A DNA stretch of 64,000 nt from Gemmatimonadales bacterium (lineage in GTDB: Bacteria > Gemmatimonadota > Gemmatimonadetes > Gemmatimonadales > GWC2-71-9), in NCBI GenBank assembly GCA_039934355.1, contig JBDTMI010000001.1:931-64930 (forward strand), in the 5' to 3' direction. The position numbers and the translations under genes were made by a program. This document shows positions 1 through 7,936 of the stretch, in pieces (positions within the stretch are counted from its first letter, which is position 1; each line of letters begins with the position of its first letter). The notes beneath the pieces are model-generated. The model had not been told where the DNA came from. It was given only the letters and a program-made list of their open reading frames with translations, and did no database searches.

Positions 1-107
1 GGGTGGAGAAGATGACACACGTCACAAGGCGGCGCATAGACACGAGGTTGGAGGTGGAAAGTTGGCGGAATCTAGTCGGTTCCTGTTGCGAGGGCAGCCC
101 GCCCAAG

Positions 108-143
108 AATCGGGAAACAAAGCGGCCTCCCCGGAGGGAGGCC
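108..143 (-). terminator. Rho-independent terminator downstream of the porin gene
   Basis: Perfect 8-bp stem GGCCTCCC (124-131) / GGGAGGCC (136-143) with a CGGA loop. On the minus strand it is followed directly by GCTTTGTTT. Confidence 0.55.
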
Positions 144-197
144 ATTTGCACCAGCGAGGAGCGAGCGGCGCATGGCGCCACGCGCCCCGTGCGGGAT

Positions 198-1373
198 TTA
201 GTAGAACAGCATCAGGCCGAATGCCGCCGTGAAGGACTTGTTCTTGCCCGAGGCTTCCTTGTCCTTGGACCAAGCGTAATCGCCTTCGCCCACGACCTTG
301 AGGGACTTGGTCGCCTGGTAATAGACGCCACCGGAGATCAGGCTGTTCTCGGTCTTGAAAGTCTTGGCGTCATCCTTGAGGAAGCTGGAACCGTAGCTGC
401 CCGCGAGGGTCGCCTTACCGGCAGTGTAGGTCAACTGCCCGATGTAGCCGTAGCTGGTCGTCAGCTCGCCACCGATGACCGACGCGCCGCCAGAGATGCC
501 GCCGAACATGAGGGTGGTGCCCAGGCCCTTGCCGAAGTAGCCGGAGCCGGTCAGTGAGAACTGGCTGGCCTTGTAGCCGATGACGGCGGCGCCGCCGACG
601 GCGGTCTTCGAATCATCCGCGACGGGATCCTTGCCGTTCTGGACGGTGCCGCTGACGTTGAACGTGATGCTGCTCGCCTTGAACGTCACGTCGGCCTCGA
701 GGCGCGGCGTGGTGAGTTCGGTATAGGTGCCGAACCTGCTGGGCTCCATCAGGCCAATGTTGAAGCTGGTCGACCGGCCGGCGGGCGAGGAATAGGTGAA
801 CTGCGGCACGAAGTTAGGGTAGATGTAGCCGTAGCCGATGCGGCCGAGGGTCGTTCCGCCGGGAGCGAGCGAACCGCTCAGGTTGTTCGGCCCGCCGACG
901 CCAAAGAGCGTCTGGTCGTTCAGGATGTTGGCACGCTGGTAGACGCCGAGCTCCTTACCCGCGGTGATCGTACCCCAGCTGCCGCCGGCGGTCAGGAACA
1001 CCTGACGCATGTCGATCTGGGCGCCGAAGCAGTCGTGGCTGTTGCTGCCGCACTGCACTTCTGGCGCGAAGCCGAAGTGGGCGCCGAGGTCGGTGTTGCC
1101 TTCCTTGCCGGTTGCGGCGAACGTCGCGAAGGCCGGGAGCAGGCCGGTGCCGTAGTACAGCCCCTTGGTGTCGCCGCCGTTGATCAGGAACTCGCTGGTG
1201 CTGCCGGTGGCGTTGTTGCTTTTGCTGAGCGACTGGTACTGGGCAAAGATGTTGACATTGCCGGCGAACGAGAAGTTCCACCCGTTCGACATCTGCATCG
1301 AGAGACCCTGGGCATTGGCCGCACTGGCCGCGCCCACCAGCAGGGCCGAGAACAAAAGAGCGCTACGCTTCAT
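198..1373 (-). CDS. Porin-like outer-membrane beta-barrel protein
   Basis: Track ORF of 391 aa. Signal peptide MKRSALLFSALLVGAASAANA/Q. Gly/Ser/Thr/aromatic-rich alternating composition. C-terminal ...GLMLFY aromatic terminus typical of OMP barrels. Confidence 0.7.
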   Translation of the reverse strand: MKRSALLFSALLVGAASAANAQGLSMQMSNGWNFSFAGNVNIFAQYQSLSKSNNATGSTSEFLINGGDTKGLYYGTGLLPAFATFAATGKEGNTDLGAHFGFAPEVQCGSNSHDCFGAQIDMRQVFLTAGGSWGTITAGKELGVYQRANILNDQTLFGVGGPNNLSGSLAPGGTTLGRIGYGYIYPNFVPQFTYSSPAGRSTSFNIGLMEPSRFGTYTELTTPRLEADVTFKASSITFNVSGTVQNGKDPVADDSKTAVGGAAVIGYKASQFSLTGSGYFGKGLGTTLMFGGISGGASVIGGELTTSYGYIGQLTYTAGKATLAGSYGSSFLKDDAKTFKTENSLISGGVYYQATKSLKVVGEGDYAWSKDKEASGKNKSFTAAFGLMLFY

Positions 1374-1476
1374 CGGTGCTTCTCCTGACTAGAAGAGGAC
1401 TGAATCCACCTGCCTGCTTCAGAACCACACCTGCTGTAAAGACTGGAGCGTCGTACCAAGGGATTGGGTTCGTCGC

Positions 1477-1866
1477 TCAGGGACCCCGGCCGGGCGGGTG
1501 CCGGAACTGACGGTTCACCTCCCAGATGGCGTACCAGATGGGGAGGACGCGATGGTCCTCATAGAAGTAGTAATCTCCCAATCGGGCTGCATAAACATTC
1601 GGAGCGAACGGGAACGCCAGTCCTGTGGGGACTAGACTGTGCACCCGCTCCACCAGGGCGGCGGAATCCGGTGCGCCAGCAGCGAGTGCCTGTCCCACTG
1701 CGGTCCCGGCGAGGAACCCCGCCAGGTAGGCTTGTCGACTTGCCGGATCAAATTCGGCCCAGGTGTGTCCATCGGCCCGCAGCCACTCCGGTACAGCTAT
1801 CTCCAGTTGCGCCCCTAAGATACCGACTGCCGCCGTGACCGCAACCCAAGATGTTCTAATTGCCAT
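1477..1866 (-). CDS. Hypothetical secreted or membrane-anchored protein
   Basis: In-frame ATG at 1866 (MAIRTSWVAVTAAVGILGA...) inside track ORF 1477..2067. The 67 codons upstream are Arg/Pro-rich and run into the cupredoxin 3' end. No family recognised. Confidence 0.45.
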   Translation of the reverse strand: MAIRTSWVAVTAAVGILGAQLEIAVPEWLRADGHTWAEFDPASRQAYLAGFLAGTAVGQALAAGAPDSAALVERVHSLVPTGLAFPFAPNVYAARLGDYYFYEDHRVLPIWYAIWEVNRQFRHPPGRGP

Positions 1867-2005
1867 TAAAGTACTCGGAATTGAGTGGTTGGAGGCCGAA
1901 TCAGCCCGTGGCGGGGCCGGGAGTGGAGCGGAGCCCGGACCCGAACGAGGCATCCCCTGCGGCCAGCATTCCCGGCCCCATCCGGCTGCCCGTCGTTCCT
2001 CTGAT

Positions 2006-2548
2006 CTAGTCCCTAGGTTTGGGAGTTTCGATGAGCGCCGGGGCCTGGGCCGTCGCGCTGACCGCAAACCGGATCCACATGCCTGACAAACCGTGGCCGG
2101 GCACGCCGCAGAAAATCAGGTAGTCACCGGCCGGCGCTGCCGTGAACTTGAGGATGTCGGTGCCGAACTGGGCGATGCCCTCGCCCGCCTGCTTGCTGTA
2201 GGCCCGGGGGATCGCCGCGTCGCCCGCCATGTTCGGCATGGTGCCACCGCTGTTGATCACCATGGCACTGTGCGGGGTTCCGTCGTCATTGACGAAATTC
2301 ATCACGGTGGTGCTGCCGACCGGGACGACCAGCGTCAGCTCACCATCCGTATACCCGTTGAAGTTGAACGGACTCTTCGCACGGCCAGGAATCCCGGCGA
2401 TCAGCTTGAACTTCGCGGTGTTCGTGCTGGCGTTCCATTCGAGCCAGGTCGGATCCGGGCCGGGCGTCGCCGCGGCGCTCTGGGCCGAAACGACACTCGC
2501 GCTCAGGGCGCTGAGACCAAGGGGCAGGGCGATCATCCAGCGGCGCAT
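2006..2548 (-). CDS. Cupredoxin (type-1 blue copper protein, sulfocyanin/azurin-like)
   Basis: Track ORF 2006..2584; the likely start is ATG at 2548 (MRRWMIALPLGLSALSASVVSAQS signal peptide). The copper-site motif is DDGTPHSAMV ... FCGVPGHGLSGMW, with upstream His and C-x4-H-x4-M spacing as in azurin-type sites. Confidence 0.75.
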   Translation of the reverse strand: MRRWMIALPLGLSALSASVVSAQSAAATPGPDPTWLEWNASTNTAKFKLIAGIPGRAKSPFNFNGYTDGELTLVVPVGSTTVMNFVNDDGTPHSAMVINSGGTMPNMAGDAAIPRAYSKQAGEGIAQFGTDILKFTAAPAGDYLIFCGVPGHGLSGMWIRFAVSATAQAPALIETPKPRD

Positions 2549-2561
2549 GCCATTGCTCCAG

Positions 2562-2607
2562 GAAGAAAAAGGTGACGGGAGCACCCCTCCCGAAGGGGGG
2601 CACTCCC
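2562..2607 (-). promoter_or_regulatory. Intercistronic stem-loop between the PQQ dehydrogenase and cupredoxin genes (possible attenuator or RNA-stability element)
   Basis: Minus-strand RNA is GGGAGUGCCCCCC-UUCG-GGAGGGGUGCUCCC (2607..2577). The two mismatches seen on the plus strand become G-U wobbles on the minus strand. A UUUUUCUU tract follows, but only after a 6-nt gap. Confidence 0.4.
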
Positions 2608-2634
2608 GCCGGTAAAACTAGTGTGACCGCGAAC

Positions 2635-4311
2635 TCAGTGCATCGCTGCCATGTACGGCTTGGGCAGACCGAAGATGAAGACGCCGGCACCCAGCGGATA
2701 GTTGAGCTGGAAATTGCCGCCACAGGCGACACCGATGAACTGCTCGCCCTTGTACTGGAAGCTCATCGGGGCGCTGTTGCAACCGGCGCCGGCGTTGAAC
2801 TGCCACAGCAGCTTGCCGGTGCGCGAGTCGTAGGCGTTGAAGTTGCCGTTGCCCTCGCCAGTGAACGTGAGGCCGCCGGCCGTCGCCAGACCACCACCCA
2901 TCATCGGCTGGGCCACCTTGTTCTGCCAGACGACCTTGCCGGTGGCCAGGTTCAGGGCGGTGTACGTCCCATACTGCTCTTCCCCCGCGATCGCCACGAA
3001 GGCGGAGCCGAGCCAGAGACGCCCCTTCTCGTACGGGCCGGTGTGGGTGATGTAATTCATCGGCTGGTGCAATCCGGCGACAAACGCGTAGTTCAGCTTC
3101 GGGTCCACCGCGATTGGCGACCACTCGGCTCCCCCGTTCGCGCCCGGCAGCATCCGCGTGCCCTCGGCGGTGGGCTGGGCGAATATGTTCTCCTGCGGCG
3201 TGAAGTTCTCCGTGCGGCGGACCAGCTTGCCGGTGGATGCATCGAGGACGTAGACCCACGCGGTCTTGCCGGCATGCACGACGACCTTGCGGCCGCCAAG
3301 CGTGGTGACCACGGGCGGGGAGACCGCGTCTAGGTCCCACACGTCGTGCGGCACCGTCTGGTAATACCACTTGGTCTTGCCGGTCTTCGCGTCGATGCCG
3401 ACGACGCAGTCGGTGTACAGGTTGTCGCCGGGACGAATGCCGCCATCGAGGTCGGGCGAGGGATTGCCCACGGCGACGTAGATCATGCCCAGGTCCTTGT
3501 CATAGGCCGGGGTCATCCACACGCCGCCGCCGCCGCGGGTCCACGCATCGGCGTATTTGGCGCTGTCGGCCTTCTCGGCGGCCACATTGCGGTGCAGGTT
3601 CGCGCCGTCCGCGGTGCTGCCGGGCCACGTGCCCCACCAGCCATTCGGGGCGACCGCATCAAACGTCGGGTCGCCCTTGGGAGCGGGGATCGAATACCAG
3701 CGCCACATCTGTTCGCCGGTCATGGCGTTGTACGCCGTCACGTGGCCGCGAATGCCGTATTCACCGCCCGAGACGCCGATCAGCACCATGTCGTCAATCA
3801 CCAGCGGCGCGGCCGTGATGCTGTAGCCGTAGGCCGGATCCGCGACCTCGATATCCCACGCCACTTCGCCCGTCATCCGATCCAGCGCGACCAGGCGGGC
3901 GTCCATCGTGCCCATGTACACGTGCGGGCCATGCACGGCGACGCCGCGATTGTTCGGGCCACAGCAGGTAATGGTGCTGCCGAGCTTGTGCTCATAGCGC
4001 CAGACCTGCTTGCCGGTGTTCAGGTCGTAGGCGATCGCGGTGTTGAACGGGGTGGTCACGTACACCATGTTGTCTACAACGATTGGTGTGGTCTCGAAGC
4101 TGCCAAGCCGGCTGATGCCGGTCTGGAACACCGTGCGGGGGACCAGGTTGCGCACGTTGGTGGCGTTGATCTGGGTCAGCGTGGAGTACCGCTGGTTCCA
4201 CAGATTGCCACCATACGTGGTCCAATTGGCCTGGGCCGGGAGGTTCGTGGCGCCAGCTCCGATGAGCAGGGCGACGACGGCCCAGTGCGCTCGAATACGC
4301 ATAGGGTACAA
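2635..4311 (-). CDS. PQQ-dependent quinoprotein alcohol/methanol dehydrogenase family enzyme, predicted lanthanide-type
   Basis: Track ORF of 558 aa with a signal peptide. Vicinal disulfide motif TITCCGPNNRG. Metal and PQQ ligand motifs SGGEYGIRG, GGGVWMTPAYD and GNPSPDLDGGIRPGDNLYT. Catalytic region PHDVWDLDAV has Asp at +2 from the catalytic Asp. AGGAG Shine-Dalgarno lies 8 nt upstream of the ATG. Confidence 0.9.
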   Translation of the reverse strand: MYPMRIRAHWAVVALLIGAGATNLPAQANWTTYGGNLWNQRYSTLTQINATNVRNLVPRTVFQTGISRLGSFETTPIVVDNMVYVTTPFNTAIAYDLNTGKQVWRYEHKLGSTITCCGPNNRGVAVHGPHVYMGTMDARLVALDRMTGEVAWDIEVADPAYGYSITAAPLVIDDMVLIGVSGGEYGIRGHVTAYNAMTGEQMWRWYSIPAPKGDPTFDAVAPNGWWGTWPGSTADGANLHRNVAAEKADSAKYADAWTRGGGGVWMTPAYDKDLGMIYVAVGNPSPDLDGGIRPGDNLYTDCVVGIDAKTGKTKWYYQTVPHDVWDLDAVSPPVVTTLGGRKVVVHAGKTAWVYVLDASTGKLVRRTENFTPQENIFAQPTAEGTRMLPGANGGAEWSPIAVDPKLNYAFVAGLHQPMNYITHTGPYEKGRLWLGSAFVAIAGEEQYGTYTALNLATGKVVWQNKVAQPMMGGGLATAGGLTFTGEGNGNFNAYDSRTGKLLWQFNAGAGCNSAPMSFQYKGEQFIGVACGGNFQLNYPLGAGVFIFGLPKPYMAAMH

Positions 4312-4468
4312 CTCCTGAAGTGAGAGAAGACACGGAAGGAACTTCGTACGCCCCCCCGGTCGGGCGGTGGAGAGACAGATCTGTCGCGATCGACGTGGTC
4401 GGGGACAGCCATGTATCAGAGTGCTACCAATATCCCGGGTTGGAAGTTCCCGTCAAGTGGGTTGAGCG

Positions 4469-4609
4469 CTACTTGAACAGGAGCGCCGCCTTCTTTACGG
4501 TCATCAGGACGCCCCACAACATGGGGATTCCCACCCCAAGCCACGCGGCGATCAGAACGACCGGGCTCGTGCCGCGGGCCGATTGGGAGTCCGGCAGGTT
4601 CGGCTTCAT
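4469..4609 (-). CDS. 46-aa single-TM peptide translationally coupled to the MFS transporter (MFS small-subunit-like)
   Basis: Hand translation: MKPNLPDSQSARGTSPVVLIAAWLGVGIPMLWGVLMTVKKAALLFK*. Its ATG (4609..4607) overlaps the MFS TGA (4608..4606) as ATGA. It has a hydrophobic core with flanking basic residues and high GC3. It is below the ORF-track length cutoff. Confidence 0.55.
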   Translation of the reverse strand: MKPNLPDSQSARGTSPVVLIAAWLGVGIPMLWGVLMTVKKAALLFK

Positions 4610-6075
4610 CGGGTCACCTCGATCGGGGATGCCTGCGCCGTGGTCCCGCCCGCGCCAGCCGCGGCTTCGCGGCGCAAATCGTCGTCGGTCATGAAATGCC
4701 GATCCGCCACCGGCCGGACCAGCAGATTACAGAGAAATCCCACCACCAGCAGTCCGGCGAGAATGTACATGGTGGTGTTGTACGCCTCTCCTGCGGCCAG
4801 GCCGCGGGCGAGCTGCCAGTCTCGCAGATAACTGACGATGGCCGGCCCCACCAATCCTGCCGCCGACCAGGCCGTGAGCAGGCGGCCATGAATGGCACCG
4901 ACGAAGGCCGTGCCGAACATGTCTGCTAGGTAGGCCGGAATCGTCGCGAAGCCGCCGCCATACATGGTGAGGATGACGAAGAAGAGCGTCACGAAAAGCG
5001 GTACCGCCCCGGTGCGTCCCGCGAAGGGCACCGTGGCGTACAGCACGGCGCCGAGCGAGAAGAAGATCATGTAGGTTGGCTTGCGCCCGAGCTTGTCCGA
5101 GAGCGACGACCAGCCGATCCGACCGATCAGGCTCGCCAGACTGAGCAGGCCGGTGAATCCAGCGGCGATACTCGCGATGGCGGCCTTCTGCTCGGTCGTG
5201 AGCTCAGCGAGCGTCCCCGTCACTCCGATCAACCGGCCGCCGAAGATTTCCTGGATCATCGGGGAGGCCAGGCTGAGCACGCCGATGCCCGCGGTCACGT
5301 TCGTGAAGAGCACACCCCAGAGGAGCCAGAATTGCGGCAGGCGCCAGGCACGATCCACGTGGACATGGCGGCTGGTCTGCGCCGCTTTCTGGGTGGTCGG
5401 TGGAGTCCAGCCAGCCGGCTTCCATCCCGAAGCAGGAACCCGGTAGCCGAAGGCACCGGCGAGCATCGCGACGAAATAGAGCAGCCCCATCACCGCAAAG
5501 GTCTCCCACACTCCGACCGAGGTGGCCGATGCGAAGTGTTTCATCAGGAGGTCCGCGAGTGGCGCGCCGATCATGGCGCCCCCGCCGAAGCCCATGATGG
5601 CCATCCCCGTCGCGAGGCCCCGCCGATCGGGAAACCACTTGATCAGGGTCGAGACCGGCGAGATGTAACCGAGTCCAAGCCCGCAACCGCCGATCACCCC
5701 GAGGCCGAGCCACAGCAATTGAATGATGTGGAGGCGCACCCCAACCGCGGCGATGAGGAAACCACCGCCCCAGCAGAATGCCGCGACCACCCCGGCCTTG
5801 CGTGGTCCCACCCGCTCGAGCCAACGCCCGAACACTGCCGCCGACGAGCCCAGGAAGAAGATGCCGAGCGCGAACGTGAGGTTGACCTGGGTCAGCGTCC
5901 AGTCGCCCGCGATGGACTGCGTGATGCCCAGCACCTGCGTGAGCGGCTTCCAGAATACGCTCAGGCCATACGCCATTCCGATCGAGAGGTGAATGGCGAG
6001 CGCGGCGGGCGGGAACAGCCACCGGTTGAAGTCGGGGCCGGCAACGGTGCGTTCACGGTCGAGCAGACCGGCCAT
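4606..6075 (-). CDS. MFS transporter, oxalate/formate antiporter (OFA) family
   Basis: Track ORF of 489 aa. N-terminus ...FNRWLFPPAALAIHLSIGMAYGLSVFWKPL is typical of OFA-family MFS. About 12 hydrophobic segments. Confidence 0.85.
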   Translation of the reverse strand: MAGLLDRERTVAGPDFNRWLFPPAALAIHLSIGMAYGLSVFWKPLTQVLGITQSIAGDWTLTQVNLTFALGIFFLGSSAAVFGRWLERVGPRKAGVVAAFCWGGGFLIAAVGVRLHIIQLLWLGLGVIGGCGLGLGYISPVSTLIKWFPDRRGLATGMAIMGFGGGAMIGAPLADLLMKHFASATSVGVWETFAVMGLLYFVAMLAGAFGYRVPASGWKPAGWTPPTTQKAAQTSRHVHVDRAWRLPQFWLLWGVLFTNVTAGIGVLSLASPMIQEIFGGRLIGVTGTLAELTTEQKAAIASIAAGFTGLLSLASLIGRIGWSSLSDKLGRKPTYMIFFSLGAVLYATVPFAGRTGAVPLFVTLFFVILTMYGGGFATIPAYLADMFGTAFVGAIHGRLLTAWSAAGLVGPAIVSYLRDWQLARGLAAGEAYNTTMYILAGLLVVGFLCNLLVRPVADRHFMTDDDLRREAAAGAGGTTAQASPIEVTR

Positions 6076-6178
6076 GGTGGAGCTCCGCAGAGGTAGGAAG
6101 GGGATCAGGGCCGGGGTACATTATCGTCCCGATGGAGAAAACGCTATTCCCGGGTACCGGGCTCAGGAAAGGCTTCCG

Positions 6179-6697
6179 ATGCAGCTGATTCAGCGGGATT
6201 CGCTGCTGGTGCTCACCAGCCTGGTCCTGGCCGGTCCGGCCTCGGCCCAGTCTGCCGCCCTGCCCGCGTGGATGACGGTTGATTCGGCGAGCCATACCAT
6301 CAGCCTCCAACTCAGGGTGGAGTCCGGCGGCCCCGACAGCAGCGCCACGATCAATGGCGCGCGGGCCGGCCGGGTGCAGGTCGTGGTGCCGCGGAACTGG
6401 AGCGTGCGGTGGACGTGGATCAATGCCGACAGCAGTGCCGCGCACAGTCTGGTGCTGATGGCGGAACGTGAGAAACTGCCGCTGCAGGGCGGGCAGCCCG
6501 CACTGGACAACGCCTGGACCCGCGCCGTTGTCACCGGGCTTAAGACCGGTCAGCGCGACCTCACCAGCTTTGTGGCGGACCAGGCCGGCTGGTACTGGCT
6601 CCTCTGTGGGGTGCCGGGACATGCACTCAGCGGGGAGTGGATCGGGCTGAAAGTGGATCGAGACGCCACCGAGCCAAGCGTGGTGGAAAAAATGTGA
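6179..6697 (+). CDS. Cupredoxin paralog with a variant copper site (axial Met replaced by Glu)
   Basis: Internal ATG at 6179 in track ORF 5993..6697 (MQLIQRDSLLVLTSLVLAGPASAQS signal peptide). The motif is DSSAAHSLVL ... LCGVPGHALSGEW. It aligns with the 2006..2548 protein, but SGMW becomes SGEW. Confidence 0.7.
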   Translation: MQLIQRDSLLVLTSLVLAGPASAQSAALPAWMTVDSASHTISLQLRVESGGPDSSATINGARAGRVQVVVPRNWSVRWTWINADSSAAHSLVLMAEREKLPLQGGQPALDNAWTRAVVTGLKTGQRDLTSFVADQAGWYWLLCGVPGHALSGEWIGLKVDRDATEPSVVEKM

Positions 6698-6738
6698 GGA
6701 GTGAGGAGGAAGTACTGCTCCTCACTCCTCACTCCTCC
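6695..6738. terminator. Bidirectional hairpin built from inverted heptamer units, between convergent genes
   Basis: TGAGGAG x2 (6695-6708), spacer GAAGTACTG, then CTCCTCA CTCCTCA CTCCTCC (6718-6738), giving a stem of at least 13 bp. The left arm contains the cupredoxin stop codon and the right arm contains the TlpA-like stop codon. Confidence 0.55.
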
Positions 6739-7895
6739 GTCAACAGCCGCTCGACCACCCGTCGGAACTCCGCCAGCAATGCGGTGTGGGCTGATCCGGT
6801 CACCGCGCCATAAAATCCCGCGTGAATCTGGCGGACCCGACCGTCTCTTCCCAGGAAAACCGTGGTCGGAAACGCGGTAAATCCCACCAGCCCTGGAAGC
6901 AGCGCCTCGACCGTTTCAACGTCGCTGGTACCGCCTAGCAGGAGCGGGAAGGTCAGCCCGAACTTGTCGCGATACCGGCGCACCAGCGGGGCGTCGAACG
7001 TACTGTCGCCGGTAACCTCGAAGGCCAGCCCCACGATCTCCAGCCCGCGGGAATGAAAATCCCGGTACAACTCGGCCAGCAGCGGCGCGGCGTCGTGGCA
7101 CGTCGGACACCAGCTGCCGAAGATGTCCAGCAGGATGACCTTGCCGCGGAACCGCGCATCGGTCGAACGGACGAGTCGCCCCTCGAGGTCGGGGGCGGCA
7201 AAGGCGAAGGGCAGGCTTGAATCGGCGCGGGTCACCTCGGTCGGTGGGGTCAGGTGCCGGCGGCCGCTGCTCCGCACGGCCACGAACGGCGTCTGACTGC
7301 GCAGGCCGGCGTGGAAGATACCCCGCAGCGTGTCGCCGTCGAGTTGGGCGGTGAGCAGGTAAACGAATGAGCCGTCGAAGTGCCCCAGCCGGATGGTGTC
7401 GCCCGCCATCTCCCCGGCGAACCGGCCGTAGTCACCCGAATTGCTGATGACGGTACCCTCGAGGCCGCTCGGTACGTTCTCGATCAGGAGCACGCGTGGG
7501 GTGGCGTCGAATCCGCTCTGGAACCAGGCATCCCAGCGGCCGACCAGCGCGATCGGGGCGACGGCATGCGGGGGCGTGCCGCGCGCGGCACGGAAGGGAA
7601 TCGTCCGGGGACCTCGTCGCCCGACATTGTGGTAGCGACCCACGAGGGAATCGCCCCGTTGCACCGCAGCGATGGAGGCGGCGTAATCCGCCAGCTCAAA
7701 GACGAGGCTGTCCCCTGCCTGCCGGACGCTTGTGAATGGCTGGCATTCCACCCCACTGCACAGCTGCCCGGTCCACCGGCCGCTCGAACCGGCGACCTGC
7801 AGCACAAAGGGCAGCGGCCCTCCGGCGAGATCCAGCGTGGCGCGCCAGGAGCCTGCAGGATTGCCCGGTCCTCGGCTGGTATCGTCGTGCCGCAT
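6729..7895 (-). CDS. TlpA/ResA-like thioredoxin-fold thiol-disulfide oxidoreductase with a large N-terminal domain
   Basis: Track ORF of 388 aa. The C-terminal redoxin domain carries GKVILLDIFGSWCPTCHDAAP (a CxxC motif). The start is uncertain; see the finding on the hidden hydrophobic extension. Confidence 0.75.
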   Translation of the reverse strand: MRHDDTSRGPGNPAGSWRATLDLAGGPLPFVLQVAGSSGRWTGQLCSGVECQPFTSVRQAGDSLVFELADYAASIAAVQRGDSLVGRYHNVGRRGPRTIPFRAARGTPPHAVAPIALVGRWDAWFQSGFDATPRVLLIENVPSGLEGTVISNSGDYGRFAGEMAGDTIRLGHFDGSFVYLLTAQLDGDTLRGIFHAGLRSQTPFVAVRSSGRRHLTPPTEVTRADSSLPFAFAAPDLEGRLVRSTDARFRGKVILLDIFGSWCPTCHDAAPLLAELYRDFHSRGLEIVGLAFEVTGDSTFDAPLVRRYRDKFGLTFPLLLGGTSDVETVEALLPGLVGFTAFPTTVFLGRDGRVRQIHAGFYGAVTGSAHTALLAEFRRVVERLLTEE

Positions 7896-7936
7896 GCCAA
7901 GAACGCCGAGCAGGCTGCCGACAAGCAGCAGGGAAG

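Noticed and set aside
3-557. 184-aa plus-strand ORF at the window start
   Set aside because: It lies antisense to the well-supported porin gene (198..1373). Its Arg/Ala/Gly-rich composition is typical of a high-GC shadow frame, and no motif was recognised.
4427-4456. Sigma-70-like promoter on the minus strand upstream of the PQQ dehydrogenase (TTGACG-N18-TATTGG)
   Set aside because: The spacing and the -10 hexamer are only approximate, and promoter consensus for this lineage is unknown to me. This is too weak to call as a feature.
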